From Nitrospirota bacterium (GTDB lineage Bacteria; Nitrospirota; UBA9217), in the NCBI GenBank assembly GCA_035623825.1, contig DASPSR010000007.1, positions 224,603-288,602 of the forward strand: 64,000 nucleotides of DNA, written 5' to 3'. Below, piece after piece: positions 51,364 to 60,508 of the stretch (position 1 is its first letter; each line of letters starts with the position of its first letter). A model generated the notes under the pieces. The model made no database searches, was not told the DNA's origin, and saw nothing but the letters and a program-made list of their open reading frames with translations. A program made the position numbers and the translations under genes.

Positions 51364-52344
51364 ATGCAGGCTGGTAACGGGGGTTACTCTGAGAAAGAAC
51401 TCTTGCGCATGATCCGGCGGTGGGTCCCGCGGGATCATGCGCCAAAGCGCGCACAGATAAAGGACACCTCCGACTTCTTCCGCGTAGACTACGATGATGT
51501 GGTGGTCCTGAACGATGTCCCCTATTTGATTCGGAACAATGAACGCGAGGGAAGGTTCGGGATTGACGACGAACAGAAGTTCTGGGTCAAGCGCGCACGC
51601 AATCTTCTCACAGGAGAGGTCAAGATTCTGAAGTGGGTTTTCAAAGAGCGGTTCAATGCAAGGATCGGCAACCTAGTGTTCGAATGTGTGCGCAGCCCAA
51701 ACAAGGAAGCACGGATTCTCGAGCTCGTCCGCGGCAGGCCGGACTTTATGCAGGGTGAGACCGTGTTCGATTCCGCCGGAAACCAGATCCGCATCCTGGA
51801 TTATATCCGTGGCAAGACACTCGGCCAGCTTACACTCGAGATGGGGAAGGATCATGAGGATTTCTTCTATCAGTACTATCCCGCGCTGCTCGACGAGTTC
51901 ATCGGGGTTGTCGAAGCTATCGGCTTCCTGCATGAAAACGGTGAAAAACATGGCGACATCAGGCGCGACCACATTATCAAGGACGATTCAACGCGGATGT
52001 TCCGCTGGATTGACTTCGATTTCAATTACCGCCATGGAGAGAGCCGTTTCGGATATGATCTCTTCGGTCTGGGCAACGTCCTCCTCTTCATCACCGGCCG
52101 GGGAGATGTGACCACGCACCGCCTCCTGCGCGAAAGGCCGGAGGCGTTCGATCGGCTCAGGTCAGACGACGTAAATATCGTGTTTCACAACCGTGTAAAC
52201 AACCTTAAGAAAATTTATCCCTACGTGCCGGAGAAGCTTAACAGCGTGCTGATGCACTTTGCCATGGGCTCGCCGGTGTACTATGAATTTACCAAGGAAC
52301 TGATAGAGGACCTAGGCGAGGCGCGGGGAGAATTGAACATGTGA
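51364..52344 (+). CDS. Protein-kinase-like (Hanks-type fold) protein
   Basis: ILK, E..IL, HGDIRRDHI, IDFD, DLFGLG. Confidence 0.75.
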   Translation: MQAGNGGYSEKELLRMIRRWVPRDHAPKRAQIKDTSDFFRVDYDDVVVLNDVPYLIRNNEREGRFGIDDEQKFWVKRARNLLTGEVKILKWVFKERFNARIGNLVFECVRSPNKEARILELVRGRPDFMQGETVFDSAGNQIRILDYIRGKTLGQLTLEMGKDHEDFFYQYYPALLDEFIGVVEAIGFLHENGEKHGDIRRDHIIKDDSTRMFRWIDFDFNYRHGESRFGYDLFGLGNVLLFITGRGDVTTHRLLRERPEAFDRLRSDDVNIVFHNRVNNLKKIYPYVPEKLNSVLMHFAMGSPVYYEFTKELIEDLGEARGELNM

Positions 52345-52467
52345 TGATTTGCCGTGGAGTGCGCAGACTGCGGTGTAGATTTCGGCATTGGATATTCAAA
52401 TTCAAATCTCTGCGGTTTAAGCGATTCTCGGTTAGAATATCTTCTGTATTTCGAAAGGAGCAAATCC

Positions 52468-52944
52468 ATGAGTGCTGAAGCCACCAGTCTGATGAAAGAT
52501 AAGCATCTCCTGATCGCAGTCGATGAAACGGAGAGCTCGCGCCGCGCCGTGCTTTACGTCGCCGACTTCCTCGGAGGATTCCCTGGCTTTCGGGTCACAC
52601 TCCTGAGCGTCATTGCTGAGCCTGAGGAAGATTTTTTCGATAACGACGAGGAGGTGAATACCTGGATCAGGGACAAGATTGACGTTACAAACAAGATGCT
52701 TGAAAACTACCGCCAGGTCTTGATACAATCCGGGTTCGCAGAGGACAAAGTCCGGCACCGCGCCTGTGTCGGCGAAGCTAAGGCGTTTTCCGAAGCCATT
52801 CTCGAAACCCGATGCGACCTTTCCTGCTGCACCATCGTCGTCGGGAGACACCACAAATCCAAGACCGAAGAGTTCCTCTTTGGCAGCACCTCAAGCAAGC
52901 TCATCCACGAGGCCAAGAGCTGCTCCGTATGGGTGGTGGAATAG
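52468..52944 (+). CDS. Universal stress protein
   Basis: LLIAVD..ESS.RA..Y, IVVGR...FGS.S..L..A....VWVV; SD AAGGAG. Confidence 0.9.
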   Translation: MSAEATSLMKDKHLLIAVDETESSRRAVLYVADFLGGFPGFRVTLLSVIAEPEEDFFDNDEEVNTWIRDKIDVTNKMLENYRQVLIQSGFAEDKVRHRACVGEAKAFSEAILETRCDLSCCTIVVGRHHKSKTEEFLFGSTSSKLIHEAKSCSVWVVE

Positions 52945-53178
52945 ATGAGTTAGAGAGTTGGATGTAGAAGAGTCCCGCCAAGGCGGCGAGTGAAATCGGG
53001 GACGGATTAGGATGACATCTTCTATCCAGACCCCTTCACTCCTCATTTTTTATGATACGTGCATCTGGCGCGGGGTTTTCAAACATGATTTTTTTTAATC
53101 CTGATTTCATGCCCACAAGATGAGCCAATCATCCTAAAACCTTCATAAATTCTGACTAAATATGGTATAAAAATCGCC

Positions 53179-53206
53179 TTGACAACACAACATGTTGTGG
53201 TATACT
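53179..53206 (+). promoter_or_regulatory. nrdJ promoter with NrdR box in the spacer
   Basis: TTGACA (53179-84), ACACAACATGTTGTGG (53185-200, palindromic, NrdR-like), TATACT (53201-06). Confidence 0.8.
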
Positions 53207-53465
53207 GCCTAACAGTTTTGTTTCTGGAGAATCGTTTCCTTCTGTTATATGCTTTTCCTAGCTTCACCCATGAATAAAGCACAATAGGCTTCACCCAGGA
53301 TCAATGCATCATAGGCAGGGCCGTATGGCAAATTCGTTAATATACTGTTTTAATCATCTAGCGAGCCAACTGACCAAGTAATAATACTAATGCCGGGGTG
53401 GTTATCAAGCCACCCCGGCTTTAATTTGGATTTATAATTTTTTAACGGCTTAGAGGAGGCGTCGT

Positions 53466-55826
53466 ATGAAGAGCGTGGCTTCTGTTTCGGCACCAGCACC
53501 CGGCAAGGGGCTCAATCTATCCGAGAATTGTCTTAAGGTTCTCGAAAAACGCTACCTTAAGCGGAACGAGGACGGGACAGTTGTCGAAACAGCAGTAGAC
53601 ATGTTCACGCGCGTGGCACGAACAATTGCCGAGGCAGACAGGGCATACGGAAAGTCCGATGCCGAGGTAGAGCGGACCGCGATCGAATTCTATCGACTCA
53701 TGACATCCCTCGAGTTCCTGCCGAACAGCCCCACGCTCATGAACGCCGGACGCGAGCTCGGACAGCTCTCGGCCTGCTTCGTGTTGCCCGTCGGTGACTC
53801 CATGGACGAGATCTTCGAGTCAGTGAAGCAGGCGGCACTTATCCACAAGTCCGGCGGCGGCACAGGCTTCTCGTTCTCCCGCATCCGACCGAAGAATGAC
53901 GTTGTCAAGTCCACCAAGGGTGTGTCATCGGGTCCCATATCATTCATGACCGTCTTCGACGCGGCCACGGAGACGGTGAAGCAGGGCGGCACGCGACGCG
54001 GAGCAAACATGGGCATTCTGCAGGTGGACCACCCGGACATCCTGGACTTCATCACCTGCAAGCAGCAAAGCGACCGGCTGAACAACTTCAACATCTCCGT
54101 TGCTATCACTGACTCCTTCATGGAGGCGATTGAGAAGGATGGCGAGTACGATCTGGTGTCGCCACGTAACAAGGGCGTGGTCAAGAGCCTGAATGCCCGC
54201 CGGGTTTTTGATACCGTGGTGAACATGGCCTGGAAGAACGGCGATCCCGGCATCATTTTCCTCGATCGCATCAATCAATACAATCCCACACCACACATGG
54301 GAAAAGTGGAATCCACCAACCCCTGCGGTGAGCAGCCGCTTCTGCCATACGAGTCCTGCAACCTGGGCTCAATCAATCTGGCCCGCATGCTGGCGAAGCA
54401 CGGCAAGGCTGTGGACTACGACAAGCTCCGGCACACGGTGCAGCAGGCGGTCCACTTCCTGGATAACGTCATCGATGTGAACCGCTATCCCATAGAAAAG
54501 ATCGGCCAGATGACCCGCGCAAACCGAAAGATCGGTCTCGGAGTCATGGGTTTCGCAGACATGCTCCTCGAGATGGGTGTTCCATACAACTCTGATGAGG
54601 CCGTCAAGCTCGGCGAGTCGCTTATGAAATTCATCACCGATGAAGGCCGGAAGATGAGCGAAGAGCTTGCCAGAGAGCGCGGGGCCTTCCCGAACTTCAA
54701 GGGCAGCATCTATGACAAACCGGGACAGCCCGCCGTGCGGAATGCGACGGTGACGACGATTGCGCCGACAGGCACGCTCTCGATAATCGCCGGTTGTTCA
54801 AGCGGCATCGAACCGCTCTTCGGCCTCACCTTTGTCCGAAAGGTGCTCGATGGGGCTGAACTCCTCGAAGTGAACCCTGTATTTGAGCGGGTTGCGAAGG
54901 AGCTAGGCTTCTATTCCGACAGACTTATGAAAGAAATCGCCGAACACGGGGGGTGCACGGGCGTCTCGACGATCCCTGCAGACGTACAGCGCGTGTTCGC
55001 CACTGCCCACGACATCACCCCCGAGTGGCACATCCGCATGCAGGCTGCATTCCAGAAATATACCGACAACGCGGTTTCCAAGACCGTGAATTTCCCATAC
55101 AGCGCCGCACAGGACGATGTCAAGAAGGTGTACATGCTGGCGTACAAGCTTGGCTGCAAAGGCGTGACCATCTACCGTGACGGATCGCGCGATGAGCAGG
55201 TGCTCTCCACCGGTGCCACGGAAAAGGCCCGCAAAGCCGCTGCCGCAGGCCATCCGGTTACGGTGGCATCGGCCTCACCGGAGCTGGCAGAGGAGAAAAA
55301 GCCGCGGAGCAGGCCCCTGTTCACTCACGGTGTCACACAGAAGATCCCGACGGGGTGTGGCAATCTCTACATTACGATCAACGAGGACGAGGAGGGCATC
55401 TGCGAGGTCTTCTCGACAATGGGCAAGTCAGGCGGATGTGCCGCAAGCCAATCAGAAGCAGTAAGCCGCATGGTCTCCCTCGCGCTTCGTTCCGGGGTAT
55501 CCATCGATTCGATCATCAAGCAGGTGAAAGGGATCCGCTGTCCGTCTCCGGCATGGGGAGAGGGCGGCTCGATCCTGTCCTGTCCCGATGCCATCGGCCG
55601 GGCGCTCGAACGCTATACCAAGGACGGCATGAGCCACCGGCACCTTCATAAACCCAAGGCTACAGCGGCACAGCAAACGGTCGCCTATGCATCGTCCGAC
55701 TGCGGTCAGGGAGGAAGTAAGAACCACCTTGGTCTCTGTCCGGAGTGCCCAGACTGTGGCGGACTGCTGGAGTTCGGCGAAGGGTGCGCCTTCTGCAGGG
55801 GGTGCGGATTCTCAAAGTGCGGATGA
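53466..55826 (+). CDS. nrdJ: Class II (AdoCbl-dependent) ribonucleotide reductase
   Basis: [41 protein letters not shown]; C-terminal TSCPD-like (SCPDAIG) and Zn-ribbon. Confidence 0.95.
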   Translation: MKSVASVSAPAPGKGLNLSENCLKVLEKRYLKRNEDGTVVETAVDMFTRVARTIAEADRAYGKSDAEVERTAIEFYRLMTSLEFLPNSPTLMNAGRELGQLSACFVLPVGDSMDEIFESVKQAALIHKSGGGTGFSFSRIRPKNDVVKSTKGVSSGPISFMTVFDAATETVKQGGTRRGANMGILQVDHPDILDFITCKQQSDRLNNFNISVAITDSFMEAIEKDGEYDLVSPRNKGVVKSLNARRVFDTVVNMAWKNGDPGIIFLDRINQYNPTPHMGKVESTNPCGEQPLLPYESCNLGSINLARMLAKHGKAVDYDKLRHTVQQAVHFLDNVIDVNRYPIEKIGQMTRANRKIGLGVMGFADMLLEMGVPYNSDEAVKLGESLMKFITDEGRKMSEELARERGAFPNFKGSIYDKPGQPAVRNATVTTIAPTGTLSIIAGCSSGIEPLFGLTFVRKVLDGAELLEVNPVFERVAKELGFYSDRLMKEIAEHGGCTGVSTIPADVQRVFATAHDITPEWHIRMQAAFQKYTDNAVSKTVNFPYSAAQDDVKKVYMLAYKLGCKGVTIYRDGSRDEQVLSTGATEKARKAAAAGHPVTVASASPELAEEKKPRSRPLFTHGVTQKIPTGCGNLYITINEDEEGICEVFSTMGKSGGCAASQSEAVSRMVSLALRSGVSIDSIIKQVKGIRCPSPAWGEGGSILSCPDAIGRALERYTKDGMSHRHLHKPKATAAQQTVAYASSDCGQGGSKNHLGLCPECPDCGGLLEFGEGCAFCRGCGFSKCG

Positions 55827-55970
55827 TTATAGTACGAAGTGCGGATTTGAGGATTTGGTATGGTGGACACAACACGATAAGATAAACTGCAGGCGGGCGG
55901 CATAAACTGGGATAAAGTGAGGCAGACGATTGCCATTAGCAGAATTGAAGTACAGGGCATCCTGAATAAT

Positions 55971-56001
55971 AAAAACCGGGAGAGTTTTCTCCCGTTTTTT
56001 T
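55971..56001 (+). terminator. Terminator after nrdJ
   Basis: CGGGAGA-gttt-TCTCCCG flanked by A and T runs. Confidence 0.8.
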
Positions 56002-56064
56002 ATATGCTGGAAGACCCCAAAAAAGCCATTATGGATCTAACAATATGAAATTTAAGGAGATTAT

Positions 56065-56262
56065 ATGACGCTAAATCTCGATGATGTCATCCTTGAGCTA
56101 TACCGGCTTGCCGAGACCAAACAATGGGATGGTGCAAAAACGGAAGAGGCACTTGCTGCCGCTATAGAGGGTATGGAGCAGATCTGGGAGCTCAGGCAGG
56201 CGGATAAGAGGAAGACCGCAATGGTGAAAGCGAACAAGAAACAGCCGCGGATGTGGTGTTAA
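56065..56262 (+). CDS. Small hypothetical protein
   Basis: SD TAAGGAG, 65-aa ORF. Confidence 0.65.
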   Translation: MTLNLDDVILELYRLAETKQWDGAKTEEALAAAIEGMEQIWELRQADKRKTAMVKANKKQPRMWC

Positions 56263-56448
56263 GTTTCCCTTCAGAAAAAAACTTGACATTTGGTCGGGAT
56301 GCTTCTACATTATTAATAATTAGGTATCGCAGCCATCAAAATGCTGCATGTGATCCGTCTAGTATATCCTGTACGCAGGTTATTTTATATACAGCCAGTA
56401 CCGCCATTCTTCCCGTGGAACACGGGTTATCAGCTGATAAGGAGGGGA

Positions 56449-56775
56449 ATGCCTATGGGTATGGAGAGAGTTTCGCAGTTTGAGTGCAGGGTATGCGGCA
56501 GAAAAATAGACGTCTCGAGAACGGGTGATGTATATGAAGAGCCTGTGTATTGCTGCGGCTTGGAAGCCCTGGAAATAAAGGCTCCGGAAACGACAGCTGC
56601 CCCGGCGGCGCCTGCGGTCAGGAAGAAGGTTGCAAAGAAAAAGGCCGCAAAAAAGAAGGCCGCCAAGAAGGCGAAGAAAAAAGCTGCCAAGAAGAAAGCA
56701 TCAAAGAAAAAAGCAACTAAGAAGAAAGCCGCGAAAAAGAAGGCACGGAAGAAGGCATCCAAGAAAAGAAGGTGA
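56449..56775 (+). CDS. Desulforedoxin-like CxxC...CCG domain fused to histone H1-like Lys/Ala tail
   Basis: FECRVCG-x15-CCG then repeated KKKAA; SD GGAGGGG; promoter TTGACA-17-TACATT (56283-56311). Confidence 0.8.
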   Translation: MPMGMERVSQFECRVCGRKIDVSRTGDVYEEPVYCCGLEALEIKAPETTAAPAAPAVRKKVAKKKAAKKKAAKKAKKKAAKKKASKKKATKKKAAKKKARKKASKKRR

Positions 56776-56797
56776 TCAGCATCCATCGAATTCCCAG

Positions 56798-56834
56798 GGG
56801 CTTCCGGAGCAGATGATTCCGGAAGCCCTTTTTG
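56798..56834 (+). terminator. Rho-independent terminator
   Basis: GGGCTTCCGGA-loop-TCCGGAAGCCC-TTTTT. Confidence 0.85.
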
Positions 56835-56894
56835 TTTTTACCCCATTCGATAAAACAGTTGACTTATCTTGTATCAGGCTTTAGGATTCTTCCC

Positions 56895-57671
56895 ATGCGG
56901 ACTACAGCGTATCTGGAGAGACGGATCAGGCGGTTTGCGGGTAGGGCCGTGGACGATTTCGGCCTGATACAGCGCAATGACCGAATCTTAGTGGCTCTGT
57001 CCGGCGGGAAAGACAGTTGGACGTTGCTCCATGTTCTGGACAACCTTAGACGACGGGCACCGGTGAATTTTTCCATCATCGCTGTTACGATCCACCCCGG
57101 TTTCCCGGGGTTTCAAACCCGCCCGATCGAGGCGTATTTGCGTGAACACGGACATGAATACCGCATCGTTTACGCCCCGATCCACGATATCATGCTCGAA
57201 AAACTGAAGCCTGAGGACACTCCCTGCGCTCTCTGCGCCCGGGTCCGCAGAGGCGTACTGTATACTCAGGCGATCGAGCACGGCTGCACGAAGGTCGCTC
57301 TAGGGCACCACCGTGACGATTTTATCGAGACGCTGCTGCTCAACCAGTTCTACAACGGCACCCTCAAAGCCATGGCCCCACTCATGCTAGCTGAGGACGG
57401 CAGGAACGTGGTGATTCGCCCGCTCGTGTATGTGCCCGAGGACGTAATCATCCGGTATGTCTCGACGGCCGCGTTTCCGGTTACCTGCTGTGCATGTCCC
57501 TCCTGCGGAGATCCGGACATGAAAAGGGCAAGGATAAAAAAACTGCTCCTTGACCTTGAGCAGGAACAGCCGGGAATAAAGTCAAGCTTGCTTGCAGCGA
57601 TGGGAAATATCCGACTCCGGCATTTACTGGTACGGGACTGGCAGAAACAAACAACCAAAAACGGTAGATGA
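56895..57671 (+). CDS. ttcA: tRNA 2-thiocytidine biosynthesis protein TtcA
   Basis: SGGKDS PP-loop, CALC.R.RRG.LY, ALGHH.DD..ET, IRPL, second Cys motif. Confidence 0.9.
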   Translation: MRTTAYLERRIRRFAGRAVDDFGLIQRNDRILVALSGGKDSWTLLHVLDNLRRRAPVNFSIIAVTIHPGFPGFQTRPIEAYLREHGHEYRIVYAPIHDIMLEKLKPEDTPCALCARVRRGVLYTQAIEHGCTKVALGHHRDDFIETLLLNQFYNGTLKAMAPLMLAEDGRNVVIRPLVYVPEDVIIRYVSTAAFPVTCCACPSCGDPDMKRARIKKLLLDLEQEQPGIKSSLLAAMGNIRLRHLLVRDWQKQTTKNGR

Positions 57672-57717
57672 TCCGCTCATCAGGCTTCGATAATGCGGTC
57701 GGAGGGAGACAAAAGGT

Positions 57718-57747
57718 TTGACATTTTATGCTTAAGAAGCATATAAT
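57718..57747 (+). promoter_or_regulatory. sigma70 promoter with palindrome in spacer
   Basis: TTGACA-18 bp-TATAAT; ATGCTT-aag-AAGCAT at 57728-57742. Confidence 0.6.
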
Positions 57748-57794
57748 TTAACGACGAAAGTCGCTTAGCAAAAGTCTGCCCCGCGGAGGCCATT

Positions 57795-58490
57795 ATGGCT
57801 GAAAGCAAGAAACTTGGCGAACTCTTGAAAGAAGCCGGACTCATCGATGACTTTCAACTCCAGACGGCTCTCTCATACCAGCGCAACTGGGGCGGAAAGC
57901 TGGGTGCCATCCTCATTGAACTTGAGTTCGTCCGCGAGGAGGATCTTGCCAAAATCATTGCAGACAAACTGCGCACGCAGTATGTAAACCTTTTTAATCC
58001 GGAGGTGCCCGCGGATATTATCAACTTGATCAAGGGCGATGTTGCGAAAAAATACAATGTGGTCCCCGCAAAAAAGGAGGGAGGGACGCTCGTGGTTGCG
58101 ATGGCCGATCCCATGGATTTCGAGGCTGTCGATGCGCTCAGGTTCATAATCAATCTGAAGATAAAACCGGCGCTGGCCCTGGAATCGGAAATCAAGGATG
58201 CCATCCGGAAATATTATGACGGTGAGGAGGTTGTCAGAAAGACCAAAACCACTTTCCGTGATATCACTGCAGCTGCGGGGAAAATGGAGATCATACGGGG
58301 AAGCGACCTCAAGATGGCCCCGGCAACAGAACAAGTCTCACCTATCCTGCCGCAGGAGGAAGCAGCGCGACAGGAACTGTCAGACAGCAGGGTACGCATC
58401 GATGCACTCATCAGCCTGCTGATCGAGAAAGACATTATAACACGTGACGAACTTACCAAAATGATTTATCAGAAGAAAATCGGGCTCTGA
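57795..58490 (+). CDS. Stand-alone MshEN/T2SSE-N domain protein (no ATPase)
   Basis: KLGELLKEAGLI...QLQTALSYQ...KLGAILIE, VAMADP.D, I.KYY. Confidence 0.85.
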   Translation: MAESKKLGELLKEAGLIDDFQLQTALSYQRNWGGKLGAILIELEFVREEDLAKIIADKLRTQYVNLFNPEVPADIINLIKGDVAKKYNVVPAKKEGGTLVVAMADPMDFEAVDALRFIINLKIKPALALESEIKDAIRKYYDGEEVVRKTKTTFRDITAAAGKMEIIRGSDLKMAPATEQVSPILPQEEAARQELSDSRVRIDALISLLIEKDIITRDELTKMIYQKKIGL

Positions 58491-58584
58491 AAGAGAGGAT
58501 CGGGATGCGCACTGGCTTATCTGAATTGATGGATGCAGTGTTGCAGAACTTCGTCAGAACGACATCGGCGAAAAGAGGAAAATC

Positions 58585-58983
58585 ATGAAGAGACTTGTTT
58601 TGGCAGTCATCGCGCTCGTAACGCTGGCGGGCAATGGGTCAGTCTCTCGGGCCCAGGAATACACGGGGCCCAAGCTGTCGGTTGACCAGCTCACATATCA
58701 TTTTGGCAAGGTTCTCCAGGGGGAGCAAGCTGAACATATCTTTGAAATCCACAATGTGGGCAAGGAAACCCTTGTGATCAATCGTATGCAGGCCGGCTGA
58801 GGCTGTACGGCAGCGGTGATTAGTTCTAATCGCCTAGAACCGGGAAGCGTAGGGCAGGTAAAGGTTACGGTCGATACCACGGGAAGAAAGGGATACACTG
58901 AAAAACATGTCACGGTATTTACGAATGATCGCATGATGCCCGCGGTGACGCTTACCGTTTCCCTGGATATTATACAAAAGTAA
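58585..58983 (+). CDS. Secreted DUF1573-like protein with in-frame TGA (putative selenoprotein, UGC motif), 132 aa
   Basis: Signal peptide, HFGKV..G....H.F.I.N.G...L.I; TGA at 58798-58800 then GCTAAVISSNRLEPGSVGQVKVTVDTTGRKGYTEKHVTVFTND... to TAA. Confidence 0.8.
58815..58834 (+). promoter_or_regulatory. SECIS-like hairpin
   Basis: GGTGATTA-GTTC-TAATCGCC; G-first loop 22 nt after the TGA. Confidence 0.65.
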
Positions 58984-59275
58984 CAACATGCACATATTTC
59001 ATGTCATTTCACGGCTGTCTGAACTATTTTCTTGACAATTTTCTACAGCTTATGCTACTGTTTGACGGTTTTGGCCGGAAATCATCAAAGCGAGGCAGTT
59101 TATTTTGAAACAACACAGACATCCGCAATATCCCAGCGATATGCCAACCCCGGGCATGGGTCCCGCCCCGGCGGGATTATAGTTTCTTCTATATTGCTAG
59201 AAATCATTGCGCTGCATCATTCAACTACAATACCAACTAAAACATTAACCAGATGTCTCTTTGGAGGATATCATC

Positions 59276-60412
59276 ATGCAGAAAAAATATCTTTTGGCGC
59301 CCGGACCGACGCCTGTCCCGCCCGAAGCGCTGCTAGCCATGGCCATGCCGATCATCCATCACCGGGCGCCGGACTTCCTTCCTGTGCTCGATGCAGCAAA
59401 GAAAGGCCTCCAGTGGCTCTACCAGACTAAAAATGATGTGCTTATCCTTTGCGCCACCGGCACCGGCGGCATGGTTGGCTCGGTGAACAATTTCCTGATC
59501 CCCAGCGACGAAGTGCTCGTGGTGAACGGCGGTAAGTTCGGCGAGCGCTGGGTCAAGATTTGCCAGGCCTACGGCATGAAGGTGGAGGAAATCGTCGTGG
59601 AATGGGGCTCTGCGGTCAAGCCTGAGCAGGTCGAGGCAGCACTCAAGAAGAACCCCAAGATCAAGGCCGTGTTCGTGCAGGCCAACGAAACGTCCACCGG
59701 CGTTTACCACGATATTAAGTCACTTGCAGCAATCGTGAGAAAGACGGATGCGATCTTCGTCGTTGACGCCATTTCCGCCCTCGTGGCACATGATCTTCGC
59801 GCTGACGAGTGGGGAATCGATGTAATGGTGGGAGGATCGCAGAAGGGCGTGATGCTGCCGCCGGGCCTCGCGTTCGTATCGGTGAGCGACAAGGCCTGGA
59901 AAATGGCCGATTCGGCTAAAACGCCGAAGTTCTATTTCAACTTCAAAAAGGAGCGGGAGAACCTGGCCAAGAATCAGACCAACTTCACCTCGGCAGTGAC
60001 GCTTATCATCGGGCTTAACTCCTGTCTCATGATGCTGAAGGAAGAGGGGCTCGAGAATATTTTTGCGCGTCATGAGAAGCTTGCCAAGGCCATGCGAGCG
60101 GCAGTCGGGGCACTCGGGCTAAAGCTCTTTCCAAAGGAAAGTCCGAGCAACGCGCTTACGGCGATCGAGGCACCGCCAGGCGTTGATGGCCAAGCAATCT
60201 ATAAGAACCTGAGAGAGAAGTACGGGATCACCGGGGCAGGCGGCCAGGACAAACTTAAGGGCAAAATCTTCCGAATCGCGCACTTGGGATATGCCGACAC
60301 CTTTGATGTGATAACGGCCGCAGCAGGAATTGAGATGGTGCTAAAAGGCCTCGGCCATCCGATCAAACTCGGCATGGGCGTAGCAGCAGCACAGGAAATA
60401 TTGATGAAGTAA
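59276..60412 (+). CDS. Class V PLP aminotransferase (serine-glyoxylate/phosphoserine-type)
   Basis: PGPTPVP, NETSTG, VDAIS, GSQKG..LPPGL, FRIAHLG; upstream of serA. Confidence 0.9.
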   Translation: MQKKYLLAPGPTPVPPEALLAMAMPIIHHRAPDFLPVLDAAKKGLQWLYQTKNDVLILCATGTGGMVGSVNNFLIPSDEVLVVNGGKFGERWVKICQAYGMKVEEIVVEWGSAVKPEQVEAALKKNPKIKAVFVQANETSTGVYHDIKSLAAIVRKTDAIFVVDAISALVAHDLRADEWGIDVMVGGSQKGVMLPPGLAFVSVSDKAWKMADSAKTPKFYFNFKKERENLAKNQTNFTSAVTLIIGLNSCLMMLKEEGLENIFARHEKLAKAMRAAVGALGLKLFPKESPSNALTAIEAPPGVDGQAIYKNLREKYGITGAGGQDKLKGKIFRIAHLGYADTFDVITAAAGIEMVLKGLGHPIKLGMGVAAAQEILMK

Positions 60413-60508
60413 GGCAATCACTGTTGCCACGAGGGCGCAAAGAAACGAAAAAATGAATGCCTTGCTTGGGCCTTAGCAACTTTGTGGCAAGCATTTTCGG
60501 AGGATTTC

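Noticed and set aside
53207-53465. Cobalamin riboswitch before nrdJ
   Set aside because: Conserved B12-box and core motifs not seen.
55800-55832. Sec readthrough at the nrdJ TGA after KCG
   Set aside because: CG is the normal NrdJ terminus, TAG follows two codons later, and no SECIS-like hairpin was seen.
56620-56775. DNA tandem repeat or CRISPR-like array
   Set aside because: Protein-level Lys/Ala low complexity with varied codons. No CRISPR array or cas gene was seen in the window.
59030-59430. ZTP/glycine riboswitch or the 132-aa ORF upstream of the aminotransferase
   Set aside because: No riboswitch consensus; ORF overlaps the real gene out of frame and starts in the -35 box.
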